64,000 nucleotides of DNA from an uncultured Thermoanaerobaculia bacterium (lineage in GTDB: Bacteria > Acidobacteriota > Thermoanaerobaculia > Multivoradales > JAGPDF01), in the NCBI GenBank assembly GCA_964618415.1, contig CAZUAT010000005.1, positions 49 through 64,048 of the forward strand, in the 5' to 3' direction. This document shows, one piece after another, positions 22,291 through 29,927 of the stretch. The notes beneath the pieces are model-generated. The model did not search any database. It saw nothing but the letters and a program-made list of their open reading frames with translations, and was not told the DNA's origin. Numbering within the stretch: the first letter of the stretch is position 1; the number at the start of each line of letters is the position of its first letter. Made by a program: the position numbers and the translations under genes.

Positions 22291-23250
22291 GTGGACCCGG
22301 CGGGCAGGGTTCCGGTATCCGAGCTGCTTGGGGCGGAACTGGGAGACCTCCAGCTGACGGTGCTGGCGGGGGAGTCGCATCTCGACAACCAGATCCTCCA
22401 TCCGCGGGTCCAGAAGCCGGGGCTCGCCTTTGCCGGCTACTACGCGTACATCAAGCCGGGACGGCTGCAGATCGTGGGAGAGAGCGAACTCGCCTACCTC
22501 CGGACGCTCTCGCCGCAGGACCTCGCCGAGCGCTGCCGGCGGATCGCCGAGCTGCCGATTCCGGCGATCGTGGTCACCAAGGGACTGGCCCCGCTGCCGG
22601 AACTGCTCGACGCCTGCCGGGCCCGAAACGTGCCGGTGCTGGCGTCGCGGGCGCTTTCGTCGGTGGTCATCAAGGAGATCGGCTTCTTTCTCGAAGACCA
22701 CCTCGTGCCGTCGACACGCATCCACGGCACGCTGCTCGAAGTCTACGGACTCGGAGTCGTGCTGATCGGTACCAGCGGTGTCGGCAAGAGCGAGGCGGCT
22801 CTCGACCTGATCACCCGCGGGCACAGCCTCGTCGCCGACGATCGCATCGCGATCAAGCTCTATCCGAGCGGCGAGCTGATCGGATCGTCGGACGAACTGC
22901 TGCGACATCACATGGAGCTGCGCGGCCTCGGCATCGTGAACATCAAGGACCTTTTCGGCCTGGCCGCGATTCGGCCGCGCAAATCGATCGACCTGGTGAT
23001 CGAACTGGAACCGTGGGTCGAGGGCAAGCCGTACGACCGTCTCGGCCTCGACGAGTCGGTCTACAAGATTCTGGACACGCCCTGCCCCTACATCCGGCTG
23101 CCGGTAGCGCTGGGACGCAATATCGCGAACATGGTCGAGGTGGCCGCCCGCAACCATGTGCTGAAGCTGCAGGGGACCCATTCAGCACGCGAGTTCGCAC
23201 ACAGACTCGAGGAGCAGCTTGAGCGCAACCGGCTCGGCAAGTCGCGCTGA
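22291..23250 (+). CDS. hprK: HPr kinase/phosphorylase
   Basis: HGTLLEVYGLGVVLIGTSGVGKSEAALDLI.RGH.LVADD, and the LRGLGI.NI signature. Confidence 0.9.
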   Translation: MDPAGRVPVSELLGAELGDLQLTVLAGESHLDNQILHPRVQKPGLAFAGYYAYIKPGRLQIVGESELAYLRTLSPQDLAERCRRIAELPIPAIVVTKGLAPLPELLDACRARNVPVLASRALSSVVIKEIGFFLEDHLVPSTRIHGTLLEVYGLGVVLIGTSGVGKSEAALDLITRGHSLVADDRIAIKLYPSGELIGSSDELLRHHMELRGLGIVNIKDLFGLAAIRPRKSIDLVIELEPWVEGKPYDRLGLDESVYKILDTPCPYIRLPVALGRNIANMVEVAARNHVLKLQGTHSAREFAHRLEEQLERNRLGKSR

Positions 23251-24112
23251 CCTGGTGCTCGTCACCGGCCTTTCGGGGTCGGGGAAGAGCACGATGGGGC
23301 ACTGCCTGGAGGACGTGGGGTACTCCGTGGTCGTCAACCTGCCCATTCCGATGCTCGCCCCGTTCCTGAGCGATCCGGTAGGCATGAGCGGCGGCGCGGA
23401 CCGGATCGCGGTGGTGACCGACACCCGGACTCGGCCGGCCGCCGACGAGGTCTCGCGTCTGTGGCGCGAACTCGAGGGCAGCCCGCTGGGGCGCACCCAC
23501 CTGTTTCTGGACAGCACCGACGCGGCGCTGGTGCGGCGGTTCTCCGAGACGCGTCGGCCGCACCCGCTCGGCACGGAACAGGCGGTGCTCGATCAGGTTC
23601 GTCGCGAGCGGGATCTGCTCGCGGGCCTGCGCGCCGAAGCCGACATCGTGCTCGACACTTCCGAGTGGTCGGTGCACGACATCCGCAGCTTCGCGCACAG
23701 GAGATTCGGGCGCCCGTCGGATCCCGAGGCGGCGATGTCGGTGACGCTGGTCAGTTTCGGGTTCAAGCACGGCTGTCCGCCAGGCACAGACCTGCAGTTC
23801 GATGTCCGCTTCCTGCCCAATCCACACTTCGTGCCGGGGCTGCGCGAGTCGACCGGCCTCGACCGCCCGGTCACCGAGTTCCTCGACGCACAGCCCGATT
23901 TCGGAGCGACGATCGAGCAGTTCACGCAGCTACTGGAGTTCCTGCTGCCCCGGTACCGGCGGGAGAACCGCAGTTACCTGACCGTCGGCGTCGGCTGCAC
24001 GGGCGGAAGGCACCGGTCGGTGGCGGTGGTCGAGCGGGTGGCCGATGCGCTGGAGGCAGGCGGCTGGCGGATCCGGCGCGTCCATCACGAACTGGAGCGG
24101 GAAGGCCGGTGA
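23219..24112 (+). CDS. rapZ: RNase adapter / nucleotide-binding protein RapZ (YvcJ/YhbJ family); TTG start, 32-nt overlap with hprK
   Basis: LVLVTGLSGSGKSTMGHCLEDVGY..V.NLP; the C-terminal part has FGFKHG.P...D..FDVRFLPNPH and GCTGG.HRSV. Confidence 0.9.
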   Translation: MSATGSASRADLVLVTGLSGSGKSTMGHCLEDVGYSVVVNLPIPMLAPFLSDPVGMSGGADRIAVVTDTRTRPAADEVSRLWRELEGSPLGRTHLFLDSTDAALVRRFSETRRPHPLGTEQAVLDQVRRERDLLAGLRAEADIVLDTSEWSVHDIRSFAHRRFGRPSDPEAAMSVTLVSFGFKHGCPPGTDLQFDVRFLPNPHFVPGLRESTGLDRPVTEFLDAQPDFGATIEQFTQLLEFLLPRYRRENRSYLTVGVGCTGGRHRSVAVVERVADALEAGGWRIRRVHHELEREGR

Positions 24113-24540
24113 TCGGGGTCCTGATCGTGACTCACGGCCGACTGGCGGACGAACTGTTGGCGGCCGGCCGGGTGATCGCCGGCGAGTTGCCCGGCTTTCG
24201 CGCCCTGTCGCTCGACTGGCAGGACGATCTCGAGACCGCGAAGCGCCGGATCGATGCCGCCATCGCGCAGCTCGATCAGGGCGATGGAGTTCTCGTCCTC
24301 ACCGACATGTTCGGGGACACGCCGTCGAACGCCACCCTGGCCCTGCTCGACACGCGGCAGATCCAGATGGTCTCGGGCGTCAATCTGCCGATGGTCGTGC
24401 GCCTCGGCTGCTCGATCGGCAGCGCCGAGACGCTCGAACTGGCGGCTCGCTGGCTCGAGGTCAAGGGCCGGCGGAGTATCGCCCGCACGGCGCCGCGGCC
24501 GGCCGCTGCCGGCACCAAACGGGAGCGCGGCGATGGTTGA
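24109..24540 (+). CDS. PTS EIIA component, mannose/fructose family
   Basis: VIGVLIVTHGRLADELL (phosphorylatable His in the THG context) ...VLVLTDMFGDTPSN...VSGVNLPM. GTGA overlap with rapZ. Confidence 0.8.
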   Translation: MIGVLIVTHGRLADELLAAGRVIAGELPGFRALSLDWQDDLETAKRRIDAAIAQLDQGDGVLVLTDMFGDTPSNATLALLDTRQIQMVSGVNLPMVVRLGCSIGSAETLELAARWLEVKGRRSIARTAPRPAAAGTKRERGDG

Positions 24541-24805
24541 GGCCGAGGTGGAGGTCATCAATCAGCTGGGCCTGCACGCCCGGGCGGCCGCCAAGCTCGT
24601 CCACCTGGCCGCCACGTTTCAGAGCCGTTGCACGCTCGAGTTCGAGGACGGCGAGCAGATCGACGCCAAGAGCATCCTCGGTATCCTCGGTCGCGGCGCC
24701 GCTGTGGGCTCACGACTCACCGTGCGCTGCGACGGCGAGGACGAGCGGGCGGGACTCGCAGCCCTGACCGCCCTGTTCGCCGACCGGTTCGGCGAGGGAC
24801 GCTGA
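24533..24805 (+). CDS. ptsH: Phosphocarrier protein HPr
   Basis: VEVINQLGLHARAAAKLV contains the His-15 context. KSILGILG contains the Ser-46 context that HprK targets. Length is 90 aa. Confidence 0.85.
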   Translation: MVEAEVEVINQLGLHARAAAKLVHLAATFQSRCTLEFEDGEQIDAKSILGILGRGAAVGSRLTVRCDGEDERAGLAALTALFADRFGEGR

Positions 24806-24816
24806 GGCAACGGACG

Positions 24817-26589
24817 ATGGCGCCCCGTACGCGGACCCGCAAGCTGCGCGGCATCGGGGTCTCCGATGGCATCGCCATCGGCCGCGCTGTCGTGGTCGCC
24901 AAGCGCGAGGTCGAGGTCTTCCGAATCCCCATCCCGGAGGCCGAGATCGACCAGGAGCTCGCCCGGCTGCAAGCGGCCTGCGACGAGACCAAGCGCAGCA
25001 TCCAGCGCACCCGCAGCAGCACCGGTCAGCTGTTCGGACCGGAACTTGCCGCGATTTTCGACGCGCACCAGCTGATGTTGGGCGACAGATCGTTCATTGT
25101 CGAGATCGAGCGCCGCATCCGCAAGGATCGGGTCAACGCCGAGTGGGCTGTTCACGAGTCGGCGGTCGAACTGGCGCGCAAGTTTGCGCGCATCGACGAC
25201 GAGTACCTGCGCGAACGAGGCCAGGACCTCGAGGATGTTTCCCGGCAGTTGCTGCGCACACTGCAGGGATTCTCCCAGCACGAGATCTCGGACGTCGAGG
25301 GAGAGGTGATCCTGGTCGCCGACGACATCGTGCCGTCGGAGGCGATCCGGCTCGGGCGCGCCAACGTCGTCGGATTCGTGATCGCGGCCGGGGGGCGGAC
25401 GTCGCACACCTCGATCATCGCGCGCTCCCTCGGCATCCCGGCCGTCGCGGGCGTCGAAGGGGTCACCGGTCTGGTGACCAACGAGGACCCGATCGTCGTC
25501 GACGGCCGCGAGGGGCTGGTCATTCTGCATCCGGGGCCCGATGTCCTGCTGCGCTATACGGGCGAGCGGGAGGCCGAGGCGACCGCACTCGCCACCGAGG
25601 CTCCGGCGCCGCGGCGCGACGAAGCAATCGTGACCCGCGACGGCCAGACCCTGGAGCTGATGGCGAACATCGACCTGCCCGAGGAGCTGGACGAGTTCGT
25701 GCTCAGCGGCGCCCGCGGCATCGGCCTGTATCGGAGTGAGTTCCTCTACATGGAGACCGATCCTCGACTGCCCACCGAGGAAGACCACCTGCGGCTCTAT
25801 CGCCGCCTGCTGGCGAGCGCGGCGCCCTGTCCGGCCACCATCCGCACCTACGACCTGGGCGGCCGCAAGCTGGCACGGGAGATGATGGAAAGCTCCGAGG
25901 AAAACCCGGTACTCGGGCTGCGCGGCATCCGCCTGACTCTGGCGCGACCGCAGATCTTCCGTGTTCAGCTGCGCGCGCTGCTGCGCGCCGCGCTCGACGG
26001 CGAGCTGTGGATCATGGCGCCGCTGATCAGCCGGATCGAGGAGATCCGCGAGCTGCGCGCGACGCTGGGCGAGGTGGGAGCCGAACTCGAGCGGGAAGGG
26101 GTGCAGTACGGCCGCAACGCGCGCATCGGCATGATGGTCGAGGTTCCGGCAGCCGCCATGCTGGCCGACCGCTTCGCGCGGGAGGTCGACTTCTTCGCTA
26201 TCGGCACGAACGACCTGATCCAGTACTCGCTGGCGGTCGACCGAAACAACCGCGAGGTCGCGCACCTCTACGAGCCGCTCCATCCGGCCGTGCTGCGCAT
26301 GCTACGCTCGATCGTCCAGAGCGCTGCGACGGCCGGGATTCCCGTCAGTCTGTGCGGCGAAATGGGTGGTGACGAGCGCTATCTGCCTTTGCTGCTCGGC
26401 CTCGGTCTGCGGCGCCTCTCGGTGCATCCGCGAGCCGTGGGGCGACTGCGGCGGCTGGCCGTGCAGCTCGACACCACGCAGCTCGAGGCGGTGGCCGCGG
26501 CCTGCTGCGACCTCGCCTCGGCGACCGAGGTGGAGAAGTACCTGCGCAGCCGGACGGTTGCAGCACTGATTCCGCGAGAGGCCCGATGA
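24817..26589 (+). CDS. ptsI: Phosphoenolpyruvate-protein phosphotransferase (PTS enzyme I)
   Basis: G.GVS.GIAIGRA, GGRTSHTSIIARSLGIPAV (active His), GIGLYRSEFLY, IGTNDLIQY, CGEMGGD. Confidence 0.95.
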   Translation: MAPRTRTRKLRGIGVSDGIAIGRAVVVAKREVEVFRIPIPEAEIDQELARLQAACDETKRSIQRTRSSTGQLFGPELAAIFDAHQLMLGDRSFIVEIERRIRKDRVNAEWAVHESAVELARKFARIDDEYLRERGQDLEDVSRQLLRTLQGFSQHEISDVEGEVILVADDIVPSEAIRLGRANVVGFVIAAGGRTSHTSIIARSLGIPAVAGVEGVTGLVTNEDPIVVDGREGLVILHPGPDVLLRYTGEREAEATALATEAPAPRRDEAIVTRDGQTLELMANIDLPEELDEFVLSGARGIGLYRSEFLYMETDPRLPTEEDHLRLYRRLLASAAPCPATIRTYDLGGRKLAREMMESSEENPVLGLRGIRLTLARPQIFRVQLRALLRAALDGELWIMAPLISRIEEIRELRATLGEVGAELEREGVQYGRNARIGMMVEVPAAAMLADRFAREVDFFAIGTNDLIQYSLAVDRNNREVAHLYEPLHPAVLRMLRSIVQSAATAGIPVSLCGEMGGDERYLPLLLGLGLRRLSVHPRAVGRLRRLAVQLDTTQLEAVAAACCDLASATEVEKYLRSRTVAALIPREAR

Positions 26590-26939
26590 GATTCCCCGTT
26601 CGCCGTGTCGAGAAGCCCTGGGGACACGAACTGATCTTCGCCCACACCGACCGGTACGTGGGCAAGCTGCTGCACATCGAGCCGCATCAGGCTCTCTCGC
26701 TCCAGTACCACGAGGCCAAGGACGAGACCTTTTTCGTGGCACGCGGCGAAATCGAGCTGCAGGTGGAGGAGGACGGGCAGCTGCGGTCGATGCCGTTGCG
26801 CGAGGGCGAGTCGTACCATGTGGTGCCGCCGACCCGGCACCGCATGATCGCCGGCGAGCGCGGCTGCGACCTGTTCGAGGTGTCGACGCCGGAGCTCGAC
26901 GACGTCGTCCGCCTGGAGGACCGCTATGGCCGTGGCTGA
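26586..26939 (+). CDS. Cupin-domain protein (type II mannose-6-phosphate-isomerase-like cupin)
   Basis: KPWGHELIFAHTDRYVGKLLHIEPHQALSLQYHEAKDETFFV.RGE.EL...H..P...HR matches the cupin motifs. Confidence 0.6.
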   Translation: MRFPVRRVEKPWGHELIFAHTDRYVGKLLHIEPHQALSLQYHEAKDETFFVARGEIELQVEEDGQLRSMPLREGESYHVVPPTRHRMIAGERGCDLFEVSTPELDDVVRLEDRYGRG

Positions 26940-27711
26940 CCGTCGTGGCGCTGCCGCCGCACTCGCCCTGTCTGCTCTGCTGACGCTGTCGCTGGCGGGC
27001 TGCGGCTCCGGCGGCGACAAAGCCGAGCCGCTGCCGCCGCGCGCGGTTGCCGCCGTGCAGCCCGAGCCACCACCGCCCTCGGACCCGCTGGTGGCACACC
27101 CGGTGCCGCCGCCTACCGTGGTGATCGTCGATCCCGGGCCCGATCCGTCGGCGGCGCCGGAGACGCTGGCCGAGGCGTCGCGGCGGGCGCGCGCCGAGCG
27201 GCAGCAGGCGCCGCCTCCGGTGGTCGAGATCAACGATCGCAACCTCGCCGACTTCGTCGAAGGCGTCCAGCTCACGGTCGCGCAGCCGGCCATGGAAGCC
27301 GCGCCGCCAGCTCCGGCACCGGAGGCTGGAGGATTGGGGGAGGCGGAGTGGCGCCAGCGCGGGCTCGACATCCGCAAGCGGTGGCGGGAGGCGGTCGATT
27401 CGATCACCCGCCTGGAGTCGGAGGCGGCGGCGCTGCGCAACCGGTTCTACGCCGCCGACGATCCGTACGTGCGCGACGCCCAGATCAAACCTCAGTGGGA
27501 CCGCGTCCTGGCCGAGTTGGCGGAGGCCCGCCGGCGCTCCGAGGCCGGTCCGGGCGAAGTGGAGCGGTTCCTCGAAGAGGGCCGCCGCGCCGGAGCTCTG
27601 CCGGGCTGGCTGCGCGAAGGCGCCGAACTCGAGCCCACCCCCGTCGTGCTCAAGACTGAACCGGGCGAGTCGCTCGAGCCGCTCGAACTGCCCAATCCGA
27701 CCGGACCGTGA
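26926..27711 (+). CDS. Pro-rich lipoprotein of unknown function
   Basis: Lipobox LSLAGC after a signal peptide, then a Pro/Ala-rich linker, then a charged helical C-terminus. No family recognised. Confidence 0.5.
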   Translation: MAVADRRGAAAALALSALLTLSLAGCGSGGDKAEPLPPRAVAAVQPEPPPPSDPLVAHPVPPPTVVIVDPGPDPSAAPETLAEASRRARAERQQAPPPVVEINDRNLADFVEGVQLTVAQPAMEAAPPAPAPEAGGLGEAEWRQRGLDIRKRWREAVDSITRLESEAAALRNRFYAADDPYVRDAQIKPQWDRVLAELAEARRRSEAGPGEVERFLEEGRRAGALPGWLREGAELEPTPVVLKTEPGESLEPLELPNPTGP

Positions 27712-29105
27712 GTCGGGAGGTCAGCACGCCGCCGCGCCGGGTCTTCATCGAGACCTGGGGCTGCCAGATGAACGAGCTGGACACGCAGCGGATGACCGGC
27801 CTGCTCATGCAGCAGGGGATTCTGCCGACCCGCGAGGTGGCCGAGGCCGACCTGATCCTGCTCAACTCCTGCTCGGTGCGCGAGAAGGCGGCCAACAAGG
27901 CGTACTCCCGGCTCGGCGAGTACCGACTGCTGAAGCGCGATCGGCCGAGCCTGCGCATCGGCCTGTGCGGCTGCGTGGCGCAGCAGGAGGGCGAACGGGC
28001 GCTCGGGCGGGTTCCGGATCTCGACTTCGTCCTCGGCCCGGCGCGCGTCGGCGAGATCGCCGACCTCCTGCCCAGACTCGAGCGCGGCGAGCGGGTCGTC
28101 GCGACCGGCTTTCCGGAGCAGCGCAACTACGAGTTCGACACCATCGCCCGGGGCGAAGAGTTCAAGGGGATGGTCACCGTCATCGAGGGCTGTGACAAGC
28201 GGTGCACGTTCTGCATCGTGCCGTCGACCCGCGGGCCGGAGCGCTGCCGGCCGATGGGTGAAGTCGTCGCGGAGGTGCGCCACCTGCTGGAGTTCGGGTT
28301 CCGGGAGATCGAACTGCTCGGTCAGACCGTGAACCACTGGCGGGGTGGCGACGGCGAGGACTTTGCCGACCTGCTCGACGCCGTGGCTCCGCTGCCCGGC
28401 CTGGCGCGGCTGCGCTTCATGACCTCCTACCCGCGCGACTTCACGCCGCGGATGGTCGACGCGTTCGCCCGCCACGCCAACCTGTGCGACTACCTGCACC
28501 TGCCGGTCCAGTCGGGTTCGGACGCCGTGCTGCGGCGAATGGGACGCGGCTACGCGATCGCCGAGTACGATGCGCTGGTGGCCAGCCTGCGACGCGCTCG
28601 GCCGAGCGTGGCGCTGTCGACCGACCTGATCGTCGGCTTTCCGGGCGAGACCGAGGAGGACTTCCAGCTCACCCTCGAGCTGGTCGAGCGGACGCGGTTC
28701 GCGTCGCTCTTTGCCTTCTGTTACTCGCCGCGGCCCGGGACCGCCGCCACCCGCCTGAACGGCGCCGTCCCGCGCCAGGTTGCCGAGGAGCGGCTGCAGC
28801 GCCTGCTCGCCGCCCAGGACCGGATCCAGGCCGAGCTCAACGCCGAGCTGACCGGCCGGCGCTTCGAGGTCCTGGTGACAGGACCCGGGAAGCAGCCGGG
28901 CACGCGCGTCGGACGGACCTCATGCAACCGGATCGTTCACTTCGCCGCCGAGCCCGACCAGGCCCCGGCGGGGGAGATGGTCGGGGTCGAGGTCGGCCAG
29001 CCGCTGCCGCACAGCCTCCGCGGCCAGCTCGTCCGCCCGGCGGTGCCGACCGCCGGGACCCTCCCGCGCCCGCGCACGAGCCCCCTTCCGGTGCTCACCT
29101 CCTGA
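27708..29105 (+). CDS. miaB: tRNA-i6A37 methylthiotransferase MiaB
   Basis: UPF0004 N-domain (ETWGCQMNELD...NSCSVREKA), radical-SAM CDKRCTFCIVP, and a C-terminal TRAM domain. Confidence 0.9.
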   Translation: MSREVSTPPRRVFIETWGCQMNELDTQRMTGLLMQQGILPTREVAEADLILLNSCSVREKAANKAYSRLGEYRLLKRDRPSLRIGLCGCVAQQEGERALGRVPDLDFVLGPARVGEIADLLPRLERGERVVATGFPEQRNYEFDTIARGEEFKGMVTVIEGCDKRCTFCIVPSTRGPERCRPMGEVVAEVRHLLEFGFREIELLGQTVNHWRGGDGEDFADLLDAVAPLPGLARLRFMTSYPRDFTPRMVDAFARHANLCDYLHLPVQSGSDAVLRRMGRGYAIAEYDALVASLRRARPSVALSTDLIVGFPGETEEDFQLTLELVERTRFASLFAFCYSPRPGTAATRLNGAVPRQVAEERLQRLLAAQDRIQAELNAELTGRRFEVLVTGPGKQPGTRVGRTSCNRIVHFAAEPDQAPAGEMVGVEVGQPLPHSLRGQLVRPAVPTAGTLPRPRTSPLPVLTS

Positions 29106-29135
29106 AGGCCAGCACCGCGCGACCCGCGCGTTCAA

Positions 29136-29333
29136 TCGGCTGGCACCTCGCGCCGGACGGGGTCAAATCGTTGAAAAACAAAGACAAAGGCTCATAGAGG
29201 GACAAACGCGGGACCGCCTGAGCAGCCTGCCTCCGGCCCCGGCACCGGAATCTGTCTAGGCGGCTGGCACCTGGTCTGCGGCAGGTGGTCTCCGCAGAGG
29301 CGATCGGCCGCCGCTCATTCGGCTGGCGCCTGG
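29136..29333 (+). repeat. Cluster of three direct copies of the CGGCTGGCRCC repeat (C2 29136-29150, C3 29260-29274, C4 29308-29333)
   Basis: Read directly: tcggctggcacctcg, gcggctggcacctgg and ccgccgctcattcggctggcgcctgg. They lie in the 240-bp gap between the miaB stop and the 3' end of the coiled-coil gene. Confidence 0.7.
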
Positions 29334-29343
29334 TCGTTTCGGT

Positions 29344-29868
29344 TCAGCGACCGGCGAGGCGACGGTCTAGGATCGCCTGCCAAGCTTCGACCTCTTCGAC
29401 AAGCTCGGCGACTCGGCCCTGCAGGTCCGCGATTTCCGCTGAGACCACAGCGATCCTCGAGTTCACTCGGGTAAGGTGCGCTGTCCAGGTGCGGGTGAGA
29501 TTCTCTAGATCCGCAGGCGGCTGGTTCTGGTCGAAGCCGCGCTCGGAGCGCGAGCGGTTCATCTCGAGCTGCAACTCGAGTTGGGACTTGCGGTCCTGAA
29601 GCGCTTCGCGGCGAGTTTCCGCACCCTCTAGTCGTCGCGCGGCCTCCGATACCTGACTCACCCCTAGCTGGACTCGAGTGATGAGAAGATCTAAGTCATC
29701 CGACTCAGACTGGCGAGCCAGCAGCTCCGCGATTCGCTCAAGAGTAGTGCTGATCCTGGCGAGGTGATCTGTGATGTCAAGCTGGGTCTGCTGAGCCGGA
29801 CTCGCGCCCGCCGCCGCGAGAGGCGCGACCAGCAGCATTGCCACTAGCCTGGTAAGCCTGATTCGCAT
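29344..29868 (-). CDS. Secreted coiled-coil protein of unknown function (partner of the fulvocin-like gene)
   Basis: A start at the internal Met gives MRIRLTRLVAMLLVAPLAAAGA|SPAQQ (signal peptide). The rest is heptad-like and charged (LERIAELLARQ..., LQDRKSQLELQLE..., IADLQGRVAELVEEVEAWQAILD). It lies 59 nt downstream of the fulvocin-like gene on the same strand, in the low-GC stretch. Confidence 0.55.
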   Translation of the reverse strand: MRIRLTRLVAMLLVAPLAAAGASPAQQTQLDITDHLARISTTLERIAELLARQSESDDLDLLITRVQLGVSQVSEAARRLEGAETRREALQDRKSQLELQLEMNRSRSERGFDQNQPPADLENLTRTWTAHLTRVNSRIAVVSAEIADLQGRVAELVEEVEAWQAILDRRLAGR

Positions 29869-29927
29869 GTGATCTACGCACTGACGCCGCATGCGAAAGC
29901 TTCCGCAACTCGGTGTACTACGGCGCA

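Noticed and set aside
29171-29205. A sigma-70-like promoter (TTGAAA ... CATAGA) in the A-rich stretch downstream of miaB
   Set aside because: The -10 candidate matches TATAAT poorly and there is no downstream plus-strand gene. This is probably just AT-rich 3' flanking DNA of the islet.
29285-29599. A plus-strand 104-aa ORF inside the low-GC islet
   Set aside because: It is antisense to the coiled-coil gene. The translation is Arg/Ser-rich without a signal, TM segment or motif. The minus-strand product has a clean signal peptide and heptad periodicity, so the minus strand is the more credible coding strand.
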